This document shows, in pieces, positions 1 to 11,363 of a DNA stretch of 64,000 nt. The position numbers and the translations under genes were made by a program. Position 1 is the stretch's first letter. Each line of letters begins with the position of its first letter. Below the pieces are notes generated by a model that was given only the letters and a program-made list of their open reading frames with translations, ran no database searches and was not told the DNA's origin. Origin of the DNA: Paraspadella gotoi (lineage: Eukaryota; Animalia; Chaetognatha); assembly GCA_051294375.1 (NCBI GenBank), contig CM119271.1:15196770-15260769 (forward strand), read 5' to 3'.

Positions 1-475
1 CGGAGTTTTAATCAGAGCTTATTATAATTTATAGTAACATAACTTTTGGGAAAGTATTTCGCTCAATGTTAATCTACAACTTATTTTTTTTATCTCGCCA
101 GACGGGCGAATGCCCGACTTGGGTGAGATGTTAATTCGTTTCTGCTTTTTTTGACCGTAGTCGTCGTCGTCGTCACGCTGTTTTAACATTGAAAATAGCT
201 CAAGTGTGTAACAATAGGAAGCTAAAAATTTAGATATGGCTTCTCATCATTGAGGTCTTTTAAATTGTTATGTTTCATATTCCTACACTCATTTGTTTGT
301 TTTATTTACAAAACAATTTTTATATATATAGACGAGTTCAGCTCTGCAGCGGTTATCCAGCGGCTGTTCAGTTTCTCTCTATTTCTCTCTCTTTTTCTCT
401 ATTTTAATTACATGTCGCTCTCTCTCTTTTTCCATCACAGCTTCTTTTGATTCGTCTAAAAACGAGTTCGCTCTG

Positions 476-557
476 CAGCGGCTGTCCAGCGGCTGTCCAG
501 CGGCTGTCCAGCGGCTGTCCAGTGGCTGTCCAGCGGCTGTCCAGCGGCTGTCCAGCT
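476..557. repeat. 11-bp tandem repeat CAGCGGCTGTC (~7 copies)
   Basis: Directly visible. Confidence 0.95.
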
Positions 558-579
558 TCTCTCTCTCTTTTTCTTTTTT

Positions 580-610
<31 letters not shown>

Positions 611-704
611 CTCTCTCTGTCTCTCTCTTTCTTTCTCTCTCTGTCTCTCTCTCTCTTTCTCTATCTCTCTCACTCATACACGCATTTGTTTGTTTTTATT
701 TACG

Positions 705-832
705 ATGAATGACTCATCGCGTCAATGATTGACTATCATCGCATCAATGAATGATTATCATCGGATAAATAAATGACTATTATTGCATCAATCTATGATT
801 CTCATCTCTTCAATGAATGATTATCATCGCAT
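705..832. repeat. ~21-bp tandem repeat AATGAATGATTATCATCGCATC inside the HINE-like element
   Basis: Same array recurs at 32458-32680 and 57417-57630. Confidence 0.85.
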
Positions 833-1220
833 TTTCAAAACGTATTTTGAACGAATTGCTGTCAAATCAACGTAATGCAAACTATCGCAGCTCCGGTAGA
901 AACAAAAGAGCCAATCAATGCCGAGTTAATTTCAGTCTGAATCTCTTTTTTCAGAAAAAAATTATTTGAAGTTTTCATACACACATTTTCATGAATTAAT
1001 AAATAATTAATCGCCCATAGATCTGGTGATTACTGGTAAAAACTGCAATATGCAAATGAGATTATGAGACCGAAAATGTAGTTTTTTCAAATATTCTTTA
1101 AGGTTTTTCAAGGCTCGGTTTGAAGAGTGGAGTTAAGGTCGGACTTAGTGATTTAAGAGTGTTAAAGTGGTTAAAATTTGTTAAAATGAGTTAATTTGTC
1201 TAAATTTGGCGTGGTCTCAC

Positions 1221-1320
1221 CCGTGAGGATTTTGAAGTCGCTTATGTCGAGACCGTCACCGCAGATGTGAGGTCCGCCAATCGTTCGCTTAACTCCGTCT
1301 CGCGATCGAGCGTCCCAAAC
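1221..1320 (-). CDS. WD40-repeat protein, exon 6 (VWDARSRDGVKRTIGGPHICGDGLDISDFKILT); gene continues beyond the left edge
   Basis: TTTAG acceptor; CGG|GTGAGA donor; in frame with exon 5; no further exon found in 1-1220. Confidence 0.9.
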
Positions 1321-2856
1321 CTAAATATGAAGATATGAATATAATTAATATATATAATTGATTAATATAATTTAGAAACGCATTGTCTCTATAACTGTTC
1401 GTGGGAGCCACTTAGGGGTAGAATAGACATTCAGGCCTAAAGTTAACGAGCGATCGCCTATGGCATGGAATCACCGACTTCTGATTAGTCGCCATGGAAC
1501 CAGACTGGACCAATCAGCTTGCAAGAACAATGGAACTGTCAAAATCACTCTTGCTTCTGATCCTCTTCTCAGCTATAAATAGACTTAGCTTTCCTTAGTT
1601 TTCAGTAGCATTGATCACGTGTCTCACGTCACCATAAATTCTCAGAATAAGTTTCCATCTTGATTTCAACTTGGGAAAATCGAACAGAAAGGGGACACTC
1701 TCGGAAAAGAGAGCCGACATTTAAAGCTGAAATTTGGAAAGAAATATGAGCGCGAGACAAAAAAAAAAGGAATAAATGAAATGACCGAATTTCATGAAAT
1801 TAGAGAAAAAATATTTTTTTCAGTCGATGATTGAAAGTCAGCGAAAAAGAGAAAATTAGCGAGGATAAATGGTCTTTCATTCTTTTCTTTTCTTTTCTTT
1901 TCTTTTCTTTTCTTTTCTTTTCTTTTCTTTTCTTTTGCTCTCTCTCTCTCTTTCTTTCTCTCTCTCTTTCTTTCTCTTTCTCTCTCTCTTTCGCTTTCTC
2001 CCTCTTTCTCTCTCTCTCTCTTCTAGCCTCGTTATTAATATCAAGCTAAGCCAGTAAATATGTTGCAAGAAATACACAGATAATACAAAACTAATGATTT
2101 TCCCATTAAATTTCCGAAATTCTTTTTTTTTCGTAAAACAATTTCTTCCTCCTCAGCTGTCACCCCCTTATCTTATTTCTCTTTTAACAAAAAAACAAAT
2201 TTTGAGGACATAAATGGTCAGAGTTCGTGTGGATTTCCATTGCCTTATTTTTTTTCTTTCTCTTTTCTTTTCCTTTCTTTTCTTTTTTTTTTCCAAATTA
2301 CTTTTTTTTCTTTCTTAATTTGTTCCATTTCTTCTGTATAAGTTTCACCCTAAAATATATTTTTTTGTTTTTAAAATTAACAAATTAAAAACGTCTCTTT
2401 TCAAAGTTCTCTGATTTTTAAAAATTTATGGTCAAATAAAGAAAACAAAATCTGTGTTAAACAAGAATATAACACAGATCTTCTTTTCTTTTCTTAATAT
2501 TTTATCTTTTTGTTTCATTTTTATTTTTTGTCCCCATGATTAGTTTTCAGTCTCCAACTCCTCATGACAGCTGAAAATTCGTTCGACCTGTCAAAAATTC
2601 TTGGCGTTTTTAGCTATCAACGCCCCTTAGTTGTCATTGGTGTTGTTCTTGTTATTGTTGACCTAACTTTCGCCATTAACCGTAGTCAAACTCACTCAAA
2701 CTAATAATATAATACGTTGACCTTTAATTCAAAATAACTATCGACTTTTCTTACTTTATAGCGAAACATTTTATCCGTCAACGTACAACGAATATGTCTA
2801 GCCTTGAGACGAACGGCAAAAGAATCTTACCACATTAATTCGCATTATTATCTTTT

Positions 2857-2942
2857 CTCCCATTTCTCCATTTCTCCCTTTCTCCATTTCTCCATTTCTC
2901 CCTTTCTCCATTTCTCCCTTTCTCCATTTCTCCATTTCTCCC
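2857..2942. repeat. 8-bp tandem repeat TTTCTCC(A/C)
   Basis: Directly visible. Confidence 0.9.
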
Positions 2943-3209
2943 ATAGAAATCCATGAGTTTTTCCTTCGATGTTAAACACTTTTCACATTTTCATTGCGAC
3001 AAGTAACCAGTAACTTACTTTTAAAAGAAAGTTTTCCACTGGTCAGTGATAGAACCTTAAACATTAACTAAACATTACCATCCATCAGAAACAATAGCTT
3101 AAGAATCTGGGTCTGTCCTATGAACTATTTACATTACGTCGGTTAGACTCTTTTCTTTTAATTTAATGTTATTTTATAATTATAATAAAATAATTTTGAG
3201 TGAACTTAC

Positions 3210-3353
3210 CTTGAGACAATTGTCCCAGCCGCCGGTAAGGAATGTGTCCTCGTACCCCGGATGAAACTTGAGAGCAAAGATCCTTTTCCCATGACCCTGT
3301 TTGTCTCGCTCCAACGCGGTCTCGGGATTGTATCCTTCGTATTGATGAACGAT
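3210..3353 (-). CDS. WD40-repeat protein, exon 5 (IVHQYEGY...GHGKRIFALKFHPGYEDTFLTGGWDNCLK)
   Basis: ATCAG acceptor; AAG|GTAAGT donor; GH...WD signature completed by VWD in exon 6; absent from the ORF track, read directly. Confidence 0.93.
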
Positions 3354-3479
3354 CTGATTGAGAAAAAAATCAAAATTGAGCTTTTACTTTTACACGGTGA
3401 TCTTGATTAAGTTGTTTCAAAAGTCTTTGCCTAATACAGTACAAGGCCTAAAAATAATTTTTCCCCTCAGTTGGTAAAT

Positions 3480-3640
3480 ATATTAGACTAGAGAGTTTTG
3501 ATTGACAGCTTGCAAGTTCCCATTTATGTCATTATCTTGAAAGAGTGACGGAAGCCTTAACAGTTAACACACCATAGCCTGTCCAAACTCCAAAGTCAGG
3601 GACAAGATAGCTTAATAAAGTGAACGGATAATTTTTACAT
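3480..3640. mobile_element. Copy of abundant dispersed repeat family R1
   Basis: Core ATGTCATTATCTTG-AAGAGTGA...AGCCTGTCCAAA...GTCAGGGACAAGATAGCTT; homologous to 18250-18490, 38480-38660 and, reverse-complemented, 48220-48357. Confidence 0.8.
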
Positions 3641-3673
3641 TGCTTATATATATGATTTATGATTGTGACTTAC

Positions 3674-3780
3674 TTGACCCGTGTTGCTGTCGTACAACCG
3701 AATGCTTAGATCTCTTCCCGCGGTCGCCAGACGTACATTGTCCGCGCTAATATCTATAGCATTGATTTCGTTTCCACGTT
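3674..3780 (-). CDS. WD40-repeat protein, exon 4 (ERGNEINAIDISADNVRLATAGRDLSIRLYDSNTGQ)
   Basis: CTCAG acceptor; CAA|GTAAGT donor; classic WD blade LATAGRDLSIRLYD. Confidence 0.92.
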
Positions 3781-4032
3781 CTGAGACCGTACACGACCGT
3801 GTAGGACCGTACACGAGTGAAAGGTTGATTGGCGAAATTTGATGAAACGAGTTGGAAAACAAAATGTCAAGGAGGTTATGTTTTGTTTTGGCATTTTAAT
3901 TTTTAGTAGGTATCATTTAATGTTTATTGTTTCTGTCTTTTCGTTGTGTTTTGGATAATTAACCATATTATAACAACATAAATAACAAAAACGATTTATA
4001 TTTTTCTTCAACAAAGATGATATTTAATAAAT

Positions 4033-4112
4033 AAACGGGGCATTTTTCCTCTTAGGTCCAAGTCTTCATCACAAATACAGTTGCGCTGATGAAGTTGAAA
4101 CATGTCTCGTTT
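4033..4112. repeat. Decayed Penelope-type palindromic hammerhead-ribozyme remnant
   Basis: CTTCATCA...CTGATGAAG inverted pair; CTGATGA (4086-4092) and GAAACATGTC (4097-4106); degenerate mirror arm AACGGGGCATTTTTC; stem II is deleted. Confidence 0.45.
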
Positions 4113-4362
4113 ATGTTGTTAAAGAAAAATAAAAATCGTTTTGGTTAATTAATTTTTAGATAATAACCATTTTTATTTTGATTCAAAAACGATATAATTT
4201 ATTTGATTAAACAAATTTGAATAATCAAATCAACTGAATCGTTGTTGAAACAATTAAAAATTGGTAATTTTTAACAGTCCAAAAGAAAAAAAAAAAAAAA
4301 AGCAATAAATACACCATCATCATTTTAACTGTCCACACCGGTAACCGACACAAAGACTTCAC

Positions 4363-4537
4363 CTCTGATAAAATCCGTGCAACTCTGATCCTCGAGTTTG
4401 CAGTTGACCACCATGCCTTCAGACCCTGCGCCTAGAAGCGTTCCCGAGTCTTGAAATCGGAGGCACATGATGGGAAGCCCCCCGTAACGACTCTTTCTCA
4501 CACAGGAGACACGCTCGCCTGTGTGGGAGTTGAAGAT
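4363..4537 (-). CDS. WD40-repeat protein, exon 3 (IFNSHTGERV...PIMCLRFQDSGTLLGAGSEGMVV...DFIR)
   Basis: CACAG acceptor; AG|GTGAAG donor; 175 nt, phases consistent with both neighbours. Confidence 0.9.
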
Positions 4538-5419
4538 CTGTGTGGAGGGGGGAGGGTATGTGGTTAGGATTTGTGGAAAGGGTATTGTGATACGGGATGG
4601 GATATGTGGATGTACATTGTACAATTGTACATTGTACAATGTAAAATATAATAAGTGTAAAATACTAAAATTTAAATTCGGGCTGTTTTTAACTAAACTT
4701 CTGCTTGCTTTTAAAAACTTCTGTACATTTAAATTCGTAACACACTTGGCAAGGCAAAGCTCTAGTAATGCTTTTAGATTATCGTATAAAATTAAAAAAA
4801 GTCATAGGAATCGGGATGAAAGAGAATAAATGAATAATTTTTATTATGCTTGTACCAATTTTAATAATCTTGCTATTTGCTACGCCAACACCAGATAGTG
4901 GAGTTGGTCGAGATAAAAATGGCGAACGAAATGAGATGAATCGATTTATTGAAATCAGAAAAGCGAACGGAATCGAATTGGCTAATTGTACAAAGCGGCA
5001 TTCATTTTTATAGAGAGAGAAACTTTGGTTACATTGGTAAACAAAACAATACAAAAAAGAATTCAAAATAATTTCTTATCGGGCAATGAGATTTCTAAAG
5101 AATTCATCTGGCGATTTTATTTTCTTTCCACTCAGGATCTCCACTAGATTAATCGTCCCGGCGAGGCGAAGCAATGAGCTTCAACCCTCGGCCTTTTGGG
5201 TTGAGAGGCGAATGACTGGCCTCCGGGCGCCAATGCACAACTTTTACCAATCAACATTTTCCTTTACCCGACAATCTTCCACCTTTAGCCGACTATCCTC
5301 TTTCCTTTTCCCGACAACTATCATCCCCTTACTCGTCAAACATCTTCCCATTACCCGACAAGCATCTTCCCTTTGCCCGACAACCTTCTCCCCTTACCCG
5401 ACAACACCCCTCGCCTCAC

Positions 5420-5562
5420 CTCAATGGCTCCATTGCCGTAGCCGACGGCCAGAAGGTCTGAATCTAAGGAGAACTGGAGTGAATAAACTCCTGTGTAAGT
5501 GTGATGGACATTGATCTCCTTGTGAACTTTGAACTCTGAAAAGTCTGTCTTCATTTCTAGAC
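5420..5562 (-). CDS. WD40-repeat protein, exon 2 (GLEMKTDF...GVYSLQFSLDSDLLAVGYGNGAIE)
   Basis: Pyrimidine tract plus CAG acceptor; GAG|GTGAGG donor; WD40 blade-like sequence; ends in phase 0. Confidence 0.9.
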
Positions 5563-5675
5563 CTGGAGTCAGGAAGAATGGGAGAGAGAGGGGGAGAGAG
5601 AGAGTAGTGAGAGAAAGAAAGAGGGAGAGAGGTGAGAGAGAGAGAGAAAGAAAGAAAATGAGAGAGTGAGGAGGT

Positions 5676-5727
<52 letters not shown>

Positions 5728-5861
5728 TGAAAAAGGGATAGAGGGAGGGAGGGAGAGAGAGAAAGTAAGAAAGAAAGAGAGAGACAGAGAAAAGTATTGT
5801 AAAAAAATGTAAACACGAAAGATTGTCATTTGTCGGTCATTTGTCGGTAAGTCGTTCTCAC

Positions 5862-5916
5862 CTCGCTCCAAACATTTGTCGGCCTTGTGAGCTTCTTCCA
5901 ATCTCCTTCGAGCCAT
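5862..5916 (-). CDS. WD40-repeat protein, coding exon 1 (MARRRLEEAHKADKCLER)
   Basis: ATG at 5916 in AAAATGG context; donor GAG|GTGAGA; phase 1 joins exon 2 in frame. Confidence 0.75.
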
Positions 5917-6744
5917 TTTCTCTCCGGTTAATTATTTAATTAAATTTTTATATTATTTTTATTTTTTGTTTGTTGACGTTTAAGGGCGAGTCCGCTGGCG
6001 TAGTGGTTCTGAGAAGAGAGAAACCTTTATCAAAGTTGTTGACAAATACAAATGTGTAATTAAGGATTATGTTCATAATGTAAAGTAAATTTGGTACTGC
6101 CAAGCAGTTAAGGTACCCCTGCTACCGACCTGCTACTGACCGAGATGTTGAATTACGACTAACCTGCTACTCGATGTGGAAAGTCCAAATGAATATTTTC
6201 AATTTGCGAAGAGTCTGAACGAAAGAGGAAGAAAACAAATCAAGAAAATCAATCAATATTCAATAAAAATTGAAAAATAATACAAGGCTTTTTCGAAAAT
6301 ACAATCATTTTTGTTACTACGATTTAAACTTAATAAAATTAATCCACTGTACGGGATTTGTTTCATTAAATCATTTAAGTAAGAAGAAATATAGAGACAA
6401 ATCAAGTAATTTCAAGACGTTTTTTAAAATATTTTTTGTCGATGAAGCCGTTTTGTTTTTGAATCCATCAAAACAATTTTTCTTTTCTCATTTCCTCAAA
6501 AATGCGGAATAAACGGAAATGGATAAAAAACTACGTCGTCGTTGTCGTCGCCGTCGTCGCCATTTGTCCCGACTGCCTTATCGTATTTTTCTGTCATTAA
6601 AACCTTCGTAATCAATCTTTTTGTCTTTGACTCTGTCATCGTTTCCTGTCATTACGATGATTATTAATGATATCATCAGGGTTTTTATATCACATATCAT
6701 TATCATCTGTTATCGTATTTCAGATCAATCCACTATTACCATAA

Positions 6745-6910
6745 ATGCCGTCATGACGGCATCAATAAAGTTATAGATCCTGTCATGATCCTGTCATGAT
6801 CATGTCATGATCCCGTCATGACGCCATCAATAAAGTCATAGATCCTGTCATGAACCTGTCATGATCATGTCATGATCCCGTCATGACGCCCTCCAGAAAG
6901 TCATAGATCC
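6745..6910. repeat. GTCATGATCCT-based 11-bp tandem array with a higher-order duplication
   Basis: Directly visible; block CGTCATGACG-CATCAATAAAGT-ATAGATCC occurs twice. Confidence 0.85.
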
Positions 6911-7139
6911 TGTTATAAAAAAAGTTCTTGTCATCATAAAAAGACCCGTCACCAATGCTGTCATCATGAAAGTTCCTTTCAACAATCCTGTCAGCAATGA
7001 AGTTTCCCTCGTAAATCTTGTCTTCAAACAAGTTTTTGTCATCGATCTTCTTATCATAATACTTCCTGTCATTGATCCTGTCATCGAAAAGGTCTTGTCA
7101 TCATAAAACTTCCCGTCATAGATCCCGTCATCATTCCGA

Positions 7140-7213
<74 letters not shown>

Positions 7214-7971
7214 CAACTTCCGTTCATTTTCTTTTTCTTCATACAATTTTTTTCAAACCGTAAAAAAAATTTTAAAATATTTTTTTTGCCTTCGAGAAAT
7301 TTTTCCATTCGTGTTAAGACTTGATTCTCTTGGTCCGTACATATCTCTGACGGACGTTCGGACGAACTGACATTGAGAGTCTGTTTTTTTTTATTCTAGT
7401 AGTAACGAAAGTGTTAAACCAAAAATCAGTAGTAGATTTCTTCATTCGATAAATGATTTTTCGGGTTTTCTATTTTAGAGTCAAAACTTTTTTACCGAAA
7501 CAAAAAAAAAAAAAAAGGAGAAAAACAAAATTTGTGTTTTTTTTTTGAACCGCACGAAGTTTTGGGATCTCTTCTTTCAGTTTTTGGAAAGAAAAGATAA
7601 AACAGAAAAATAATTTAAAGAACGATTTTCTTTCTTTCTTTCTTTCTTTCTTTCTTTTTTTTTTTGCGAAACAATTTTTTTTTGTATTTCGTTTGTTTCC
7701 CGAGGAAAAGGCATATCTCTCTCCCTGCGGCGTCGGTGGCGGCGTGCGGCGTCGTCAGCGGCTGACCTCTCTCTCCGCCGCGGGAGAATAAGACATCGCG
7801 TGTCCCACTTATATTCTTACTCCTTGTCCTTCTCGAACCTCCTTGTCCTCCCACTTGTCCTTCTCATTATTTGTCCTCTACCTTCCCAAAAAGTTCTTAT
7901 ATGGAAAAAGAAAAAGTGACATTGGAAAGAGACAAATTTTTTTTAAGCATGCGAACCCAGAGGAAGGCAAT

Positions 7972-8052
7972 GCTGTAGGGCTGTAGGGCTGTAGGGCTGT
8001 AGGGCTGTAGGGCTGTAGGACTGTAGGGCTGTAGGGCTGTAGGGCTGTAGGG
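7972..8052. repeat. 8-bp tandem repeat GCTGTAGG
   Basis: Directly visible, ~10 copies. Confidence 0.95.
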
Positions 8053-8119
8053 ATGGAGTGTCGTGGGCAGAAGCCGGAAGAGGGTCTGTGGACAGTCCAT
8101 AGGGACCTCGCTCCCTCGC

Positions 8120-8692
8120 CTTTTCTGGCCATCATTGGGGCCGGCGCTACTTCGAGGGCCGAATTTTATTTTCTTGCCGAGACGACTTTTCGGGCCATCA
8201 TTGGGGCCGGCGTCTTCGAGGCGAATTTTCTTTTCTTGCCAAGACGACTTTTCAGGCTATCATTGGGGCCGGCATCTTTGAGGCAACTTTTATTTTCTTG
8301 CCGAGACAGACTTTTCGGGCCATCATTGGGGCCGGCGTCTTTGAGGGCGAATTTATTTTCTTGCCGAGACGACTTTTCTGGCCATCATCGGGGCCGGCTC
8401 TTCGAGGCCGACTTTTATTTTCTTGCCGAGACAACTTTTTGGGCCATCATTGGGCCGGCGTCTTCGAGGCTGACTTTTATTTTCTTGCCAGATGACTTTT
8501 CGGGCCATTATTGGGGCCGGCGTCTTTGAGGGCGAATTTTATTTTCTTGCCGAGACGACTTTTCTGGCCATCATCGGGCCGGCCGTCTTCGGAGGCCGAC
8601 TTTTATTTTCTTGCCGAGACGACTTTTCTGGCCATCATTGGGGCCGGCGTCTTCGAGGCCGACTTTTATTTTCTTGCCGAGACGACTTTTCA
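8120..8692. repeat. ~62-bp GC-rich minisatellite (~9 copies)
   Basis: TCTTGCC recurs at 8172, 8234, 8296, 8359, 8421, 8483; no unique spacers. Confidence 0.95.
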
Positions 8693-8794
8693 CAATTTCC
8701 CATGGATTCAGCTTTTTCAAAACAAGAGTAACTGCGAAATGAGAAATGCTTCCAACTGAGCTAAGGACCATTTCGACGTGAAGGAATAAAAGTA

Positions 8795-9000
8795 GGCACT
8801 CTGTTCCGAGTTGTCCCCATTTCTGTTCGTTTTTCCCAGAATTTAACTTAACCTTTAATATTTAATATAAATGTGTTCTTAAAATTATTAAGCAATCCTT
8901 TACCAGAATCTCTAACCTTAACCTTTAATTCCAAACCCTAACCCAAACCACAAACTAGGTCCCTAACCTTAATCACTAACCTAATCTCAAACCTCTAATT
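8795..9000. repeat. Dispersed repeat family R2: TTCCGAG-TGTCCCCATTTCTGTTC terminus followed by degenerate (TAACCC)n-like tract
   Basis: Related termini at 1681-1708, 12754-12790, 48440-48475 (opposite orientation) and 14647-14668, 17418-17440; most adjoin TAACCCTAA/TTAGGGTT-like tracts. Confidence 0.6.
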
Positions 9001-9030
9001 GAATTTAACTCACCATACGTATATCTTAAC

Positions 9031-9105
<75 letters not shown>

Positions 9106-10816
9106 CAGGGCGTTACTCCGAACTCTCTGCCCACGAATCTTGAAAACCGGAAACGATGAAAGAAAAAAAATTCAGAGTAAAAATTCATTTGGGATTCGTA
9201 TTTTTGATCATAAGACAATTTGCTTCTATTATAATTATTAACAATCTTTTGAATTTAACGTTGTTATGAACAAGATTCAATCATCTTGAAGTTTAAATTG
9301 CATAAAATATGCGTAGTAAGTCTAAATTAAAGATTATCTAGTTGAAACTGGACGAATTTTATTGAATAATTAGTCGAGGCACGAAGTTTTTCTCTCCCTT
9401 TTCCATACTTGTTAGTTGTTACTGTTTCCAGGTCAGAACTGAACTTTAACCAAATACCCGTTTTCCCAGAATGTATATTGTCTAACCTCTCTAGAAACTG
9501 ACCTCAAGATATGATCTACTTTCTTCCTCCTCCTCCTCCTCCTCCTCCTCCTCCTCTTCATTCTCTATCAATTTCGCCTTCCGGTAAAAATATAGATTAA
9601 CTGACCGACCATTGTCGGCTCGGGAGACCAGGTTTCCAGTCTCGGGTTAATTGGCGTTGAAAATGAGAGACGAACGGATGGACGGATAGACGGATAGACG
9701 GATTGGTCTCTTCGTTTATCTCAGATTTTAACTTTAATATTTAATAAAAATATGCTTCTTAACCTTAATTCCTAACACCAATTCTTAACCCATACGTTAA
9801 TTTAGAATCTTTAATTTACTATTTGAAATGAATTTTCAAAAACGATTTTATTTTAATAAAAAACGGACATGTTTCGGCTTAACTACAAGTATTTCTTCTA
9901 TATTTCTGTTCCATTTTAAACTATTATTCAACTTTTTTCTCTTTTTTTTATTAAAAAAAAAAATCTTCTAATTTTTTTCTTCACATTTAAAAATTAACGT
10001 TTGAAATTTCATTTTCTTTTTTCTTTTTCAAACTTTATATATTTTTCCCTTTTTTCAAATTGAGAAATACAAATTTATGAGTTAAAAATACTTAGAATAA
10101 ATATTTCCATAGCTTTAGCCGAATATTTGATTTATAATTGAGTCGGCCTTAACTGTCTGCCACTATGGTACCAAATTTAAAAATGTAACCATAGTCAATT
10201 GATCTAGCAAAGTAGTAAAGTAGTAAAGTAAATTTACTTAAAATACTAGTTTGTTGTGAAAGGATTTTATTTCACGAAATAAAATTATTTTATCGATGAC
10301 ATTATAAACACGCCACTTTTATTTTTTAAATTACGTGCAAGGTTACAACTTTTGTTTTTACTTAACATTCAACATTTAAAAAAATGTTACGTTTTGTCAG
10401 AACAATATTCACAATCTACAGTTTAGTTAGTAAGGATTATGCTATAATAAACATTTTTTTCTGTATCCCGTTATATGACATAAAAAACAAGTAAAACGGA
10501 AAAAGGAAAAAAACCAACATTTTCTTAATGTGACGAAACAGAAAAAAACCCGGGAAAAACAGATTATAGATTCCCTACTATAAAAAAAAAAACATTTATA
10601 TTTTCTCTAGTGACCGAACATTTGTTTTTTAGCGGCGCTAAAATTTTCATTTTCGAAGGGAAAAAAAAACAAAATTGTGGCGAAAACGTCTACGAGATTT
10701 TTCGAGATTTTTCGACGGCGCCGGTTTTAGGCGTGGCCGGCGTCATTTTGTGGCGGACGGCGTCTCTTGGCGGCGACTCGCTTTGTTCAAACGTTAATGT
10801 TGAAGATTTAAATGGT

Positions 10817-10839
10817 TTAAGATTCCGCCGACGGTTCGT
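10817..10839 (-). CDS. HSBP1: HSBP1 terminal coding exon (DEPSAES*), giving a 73-aa protein
   Basis: Pyrimidine tract plus CTAACAG acceptor; phase 1 match; TAA stop at 10819-10817. Confidence 0.7.
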
Positions 10840-10955
10840 CTGTTAGGAAGAGAAGAGAATAAAATGGATCAAATCAATCAATCAAATCAAATCAATCTGA
10901 AAAACATTAAATACCGTATTTATCAAAATTTTAATCACTAATTTGATAAATCATT

Positions 10956-10956
10956 A

Positions 10957-11007
<51 letters not shown>

Positions 11008-11052
11008 ACAAACAAACAAACAAACAAACAAACAAACAAACAAACAAACAAA

Positions 11053-11099
<47 letters not shown>

Positions 11100-11100
11100 A
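10956..11100. repeat. Compound (TAAA)n(CAAA)n(TAAA)n microsatellite in the last HSBP1 intron
   Basis: Directly visible. Confidence 0.95.
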
Positions 11101-11287
11101 TCCATTTATAAATAAATGATTAAGTAGCTCAATTTATAATAAAATAATAAATTAATGAATAAATCCATCCATCAATAAATATAATAAACAGATAAATTAA
11201 TCATCAAGGAATTAATGAATGAAAGAATGAATTAATTAATGAATGAAAGAATGAATGAAAGAATGAATGAATGAATGAAAGAATGAC

Positions 11288-11363
11288 CTGAATCGACTCC
11301 GAGTTGCGTCATCAAATCTCCGACGTTCGTTTCGATTTCGTCAAGCTTCGCACCAACTTCCTC
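11288..11363 (-). CDS. HSBP1: HSBP1 coding exon 2 (EEVGAKLDEIETNVGDLMTQLGVDS)
   Basis: TTTTAG acceptor; matches the HSBP1 motif IDDLEKNIADLMTQAGVE; donor CAG|GTCATT. Confidence 0.88.

Larger units (their letters stand above)
92..1085 (+). mobile_element. Helentron-associated interspersed element (HINE/DINE-1-like), non-autonomous, in a WD40 intron; 3' end approximate
   Basis: T-run, then inverted pair ATCTCGCC (92-99) / GGTGAGAT (122-129) enclosing the hairpin CGGGC-GAAT-GCCCG, then a (GTC)n tract and internal tandem arrays; shares blocks with 29681-32725. Confidence 0.55.

Noticed and set aside
8120-8692. Regular repeat array as CRISPR or as the 158-aa ORF 8053-8529
   Set aside because: Units are contiguous with no unique spacers, no cas genes, eukaryotic context; the ORFs are translated minisatellite
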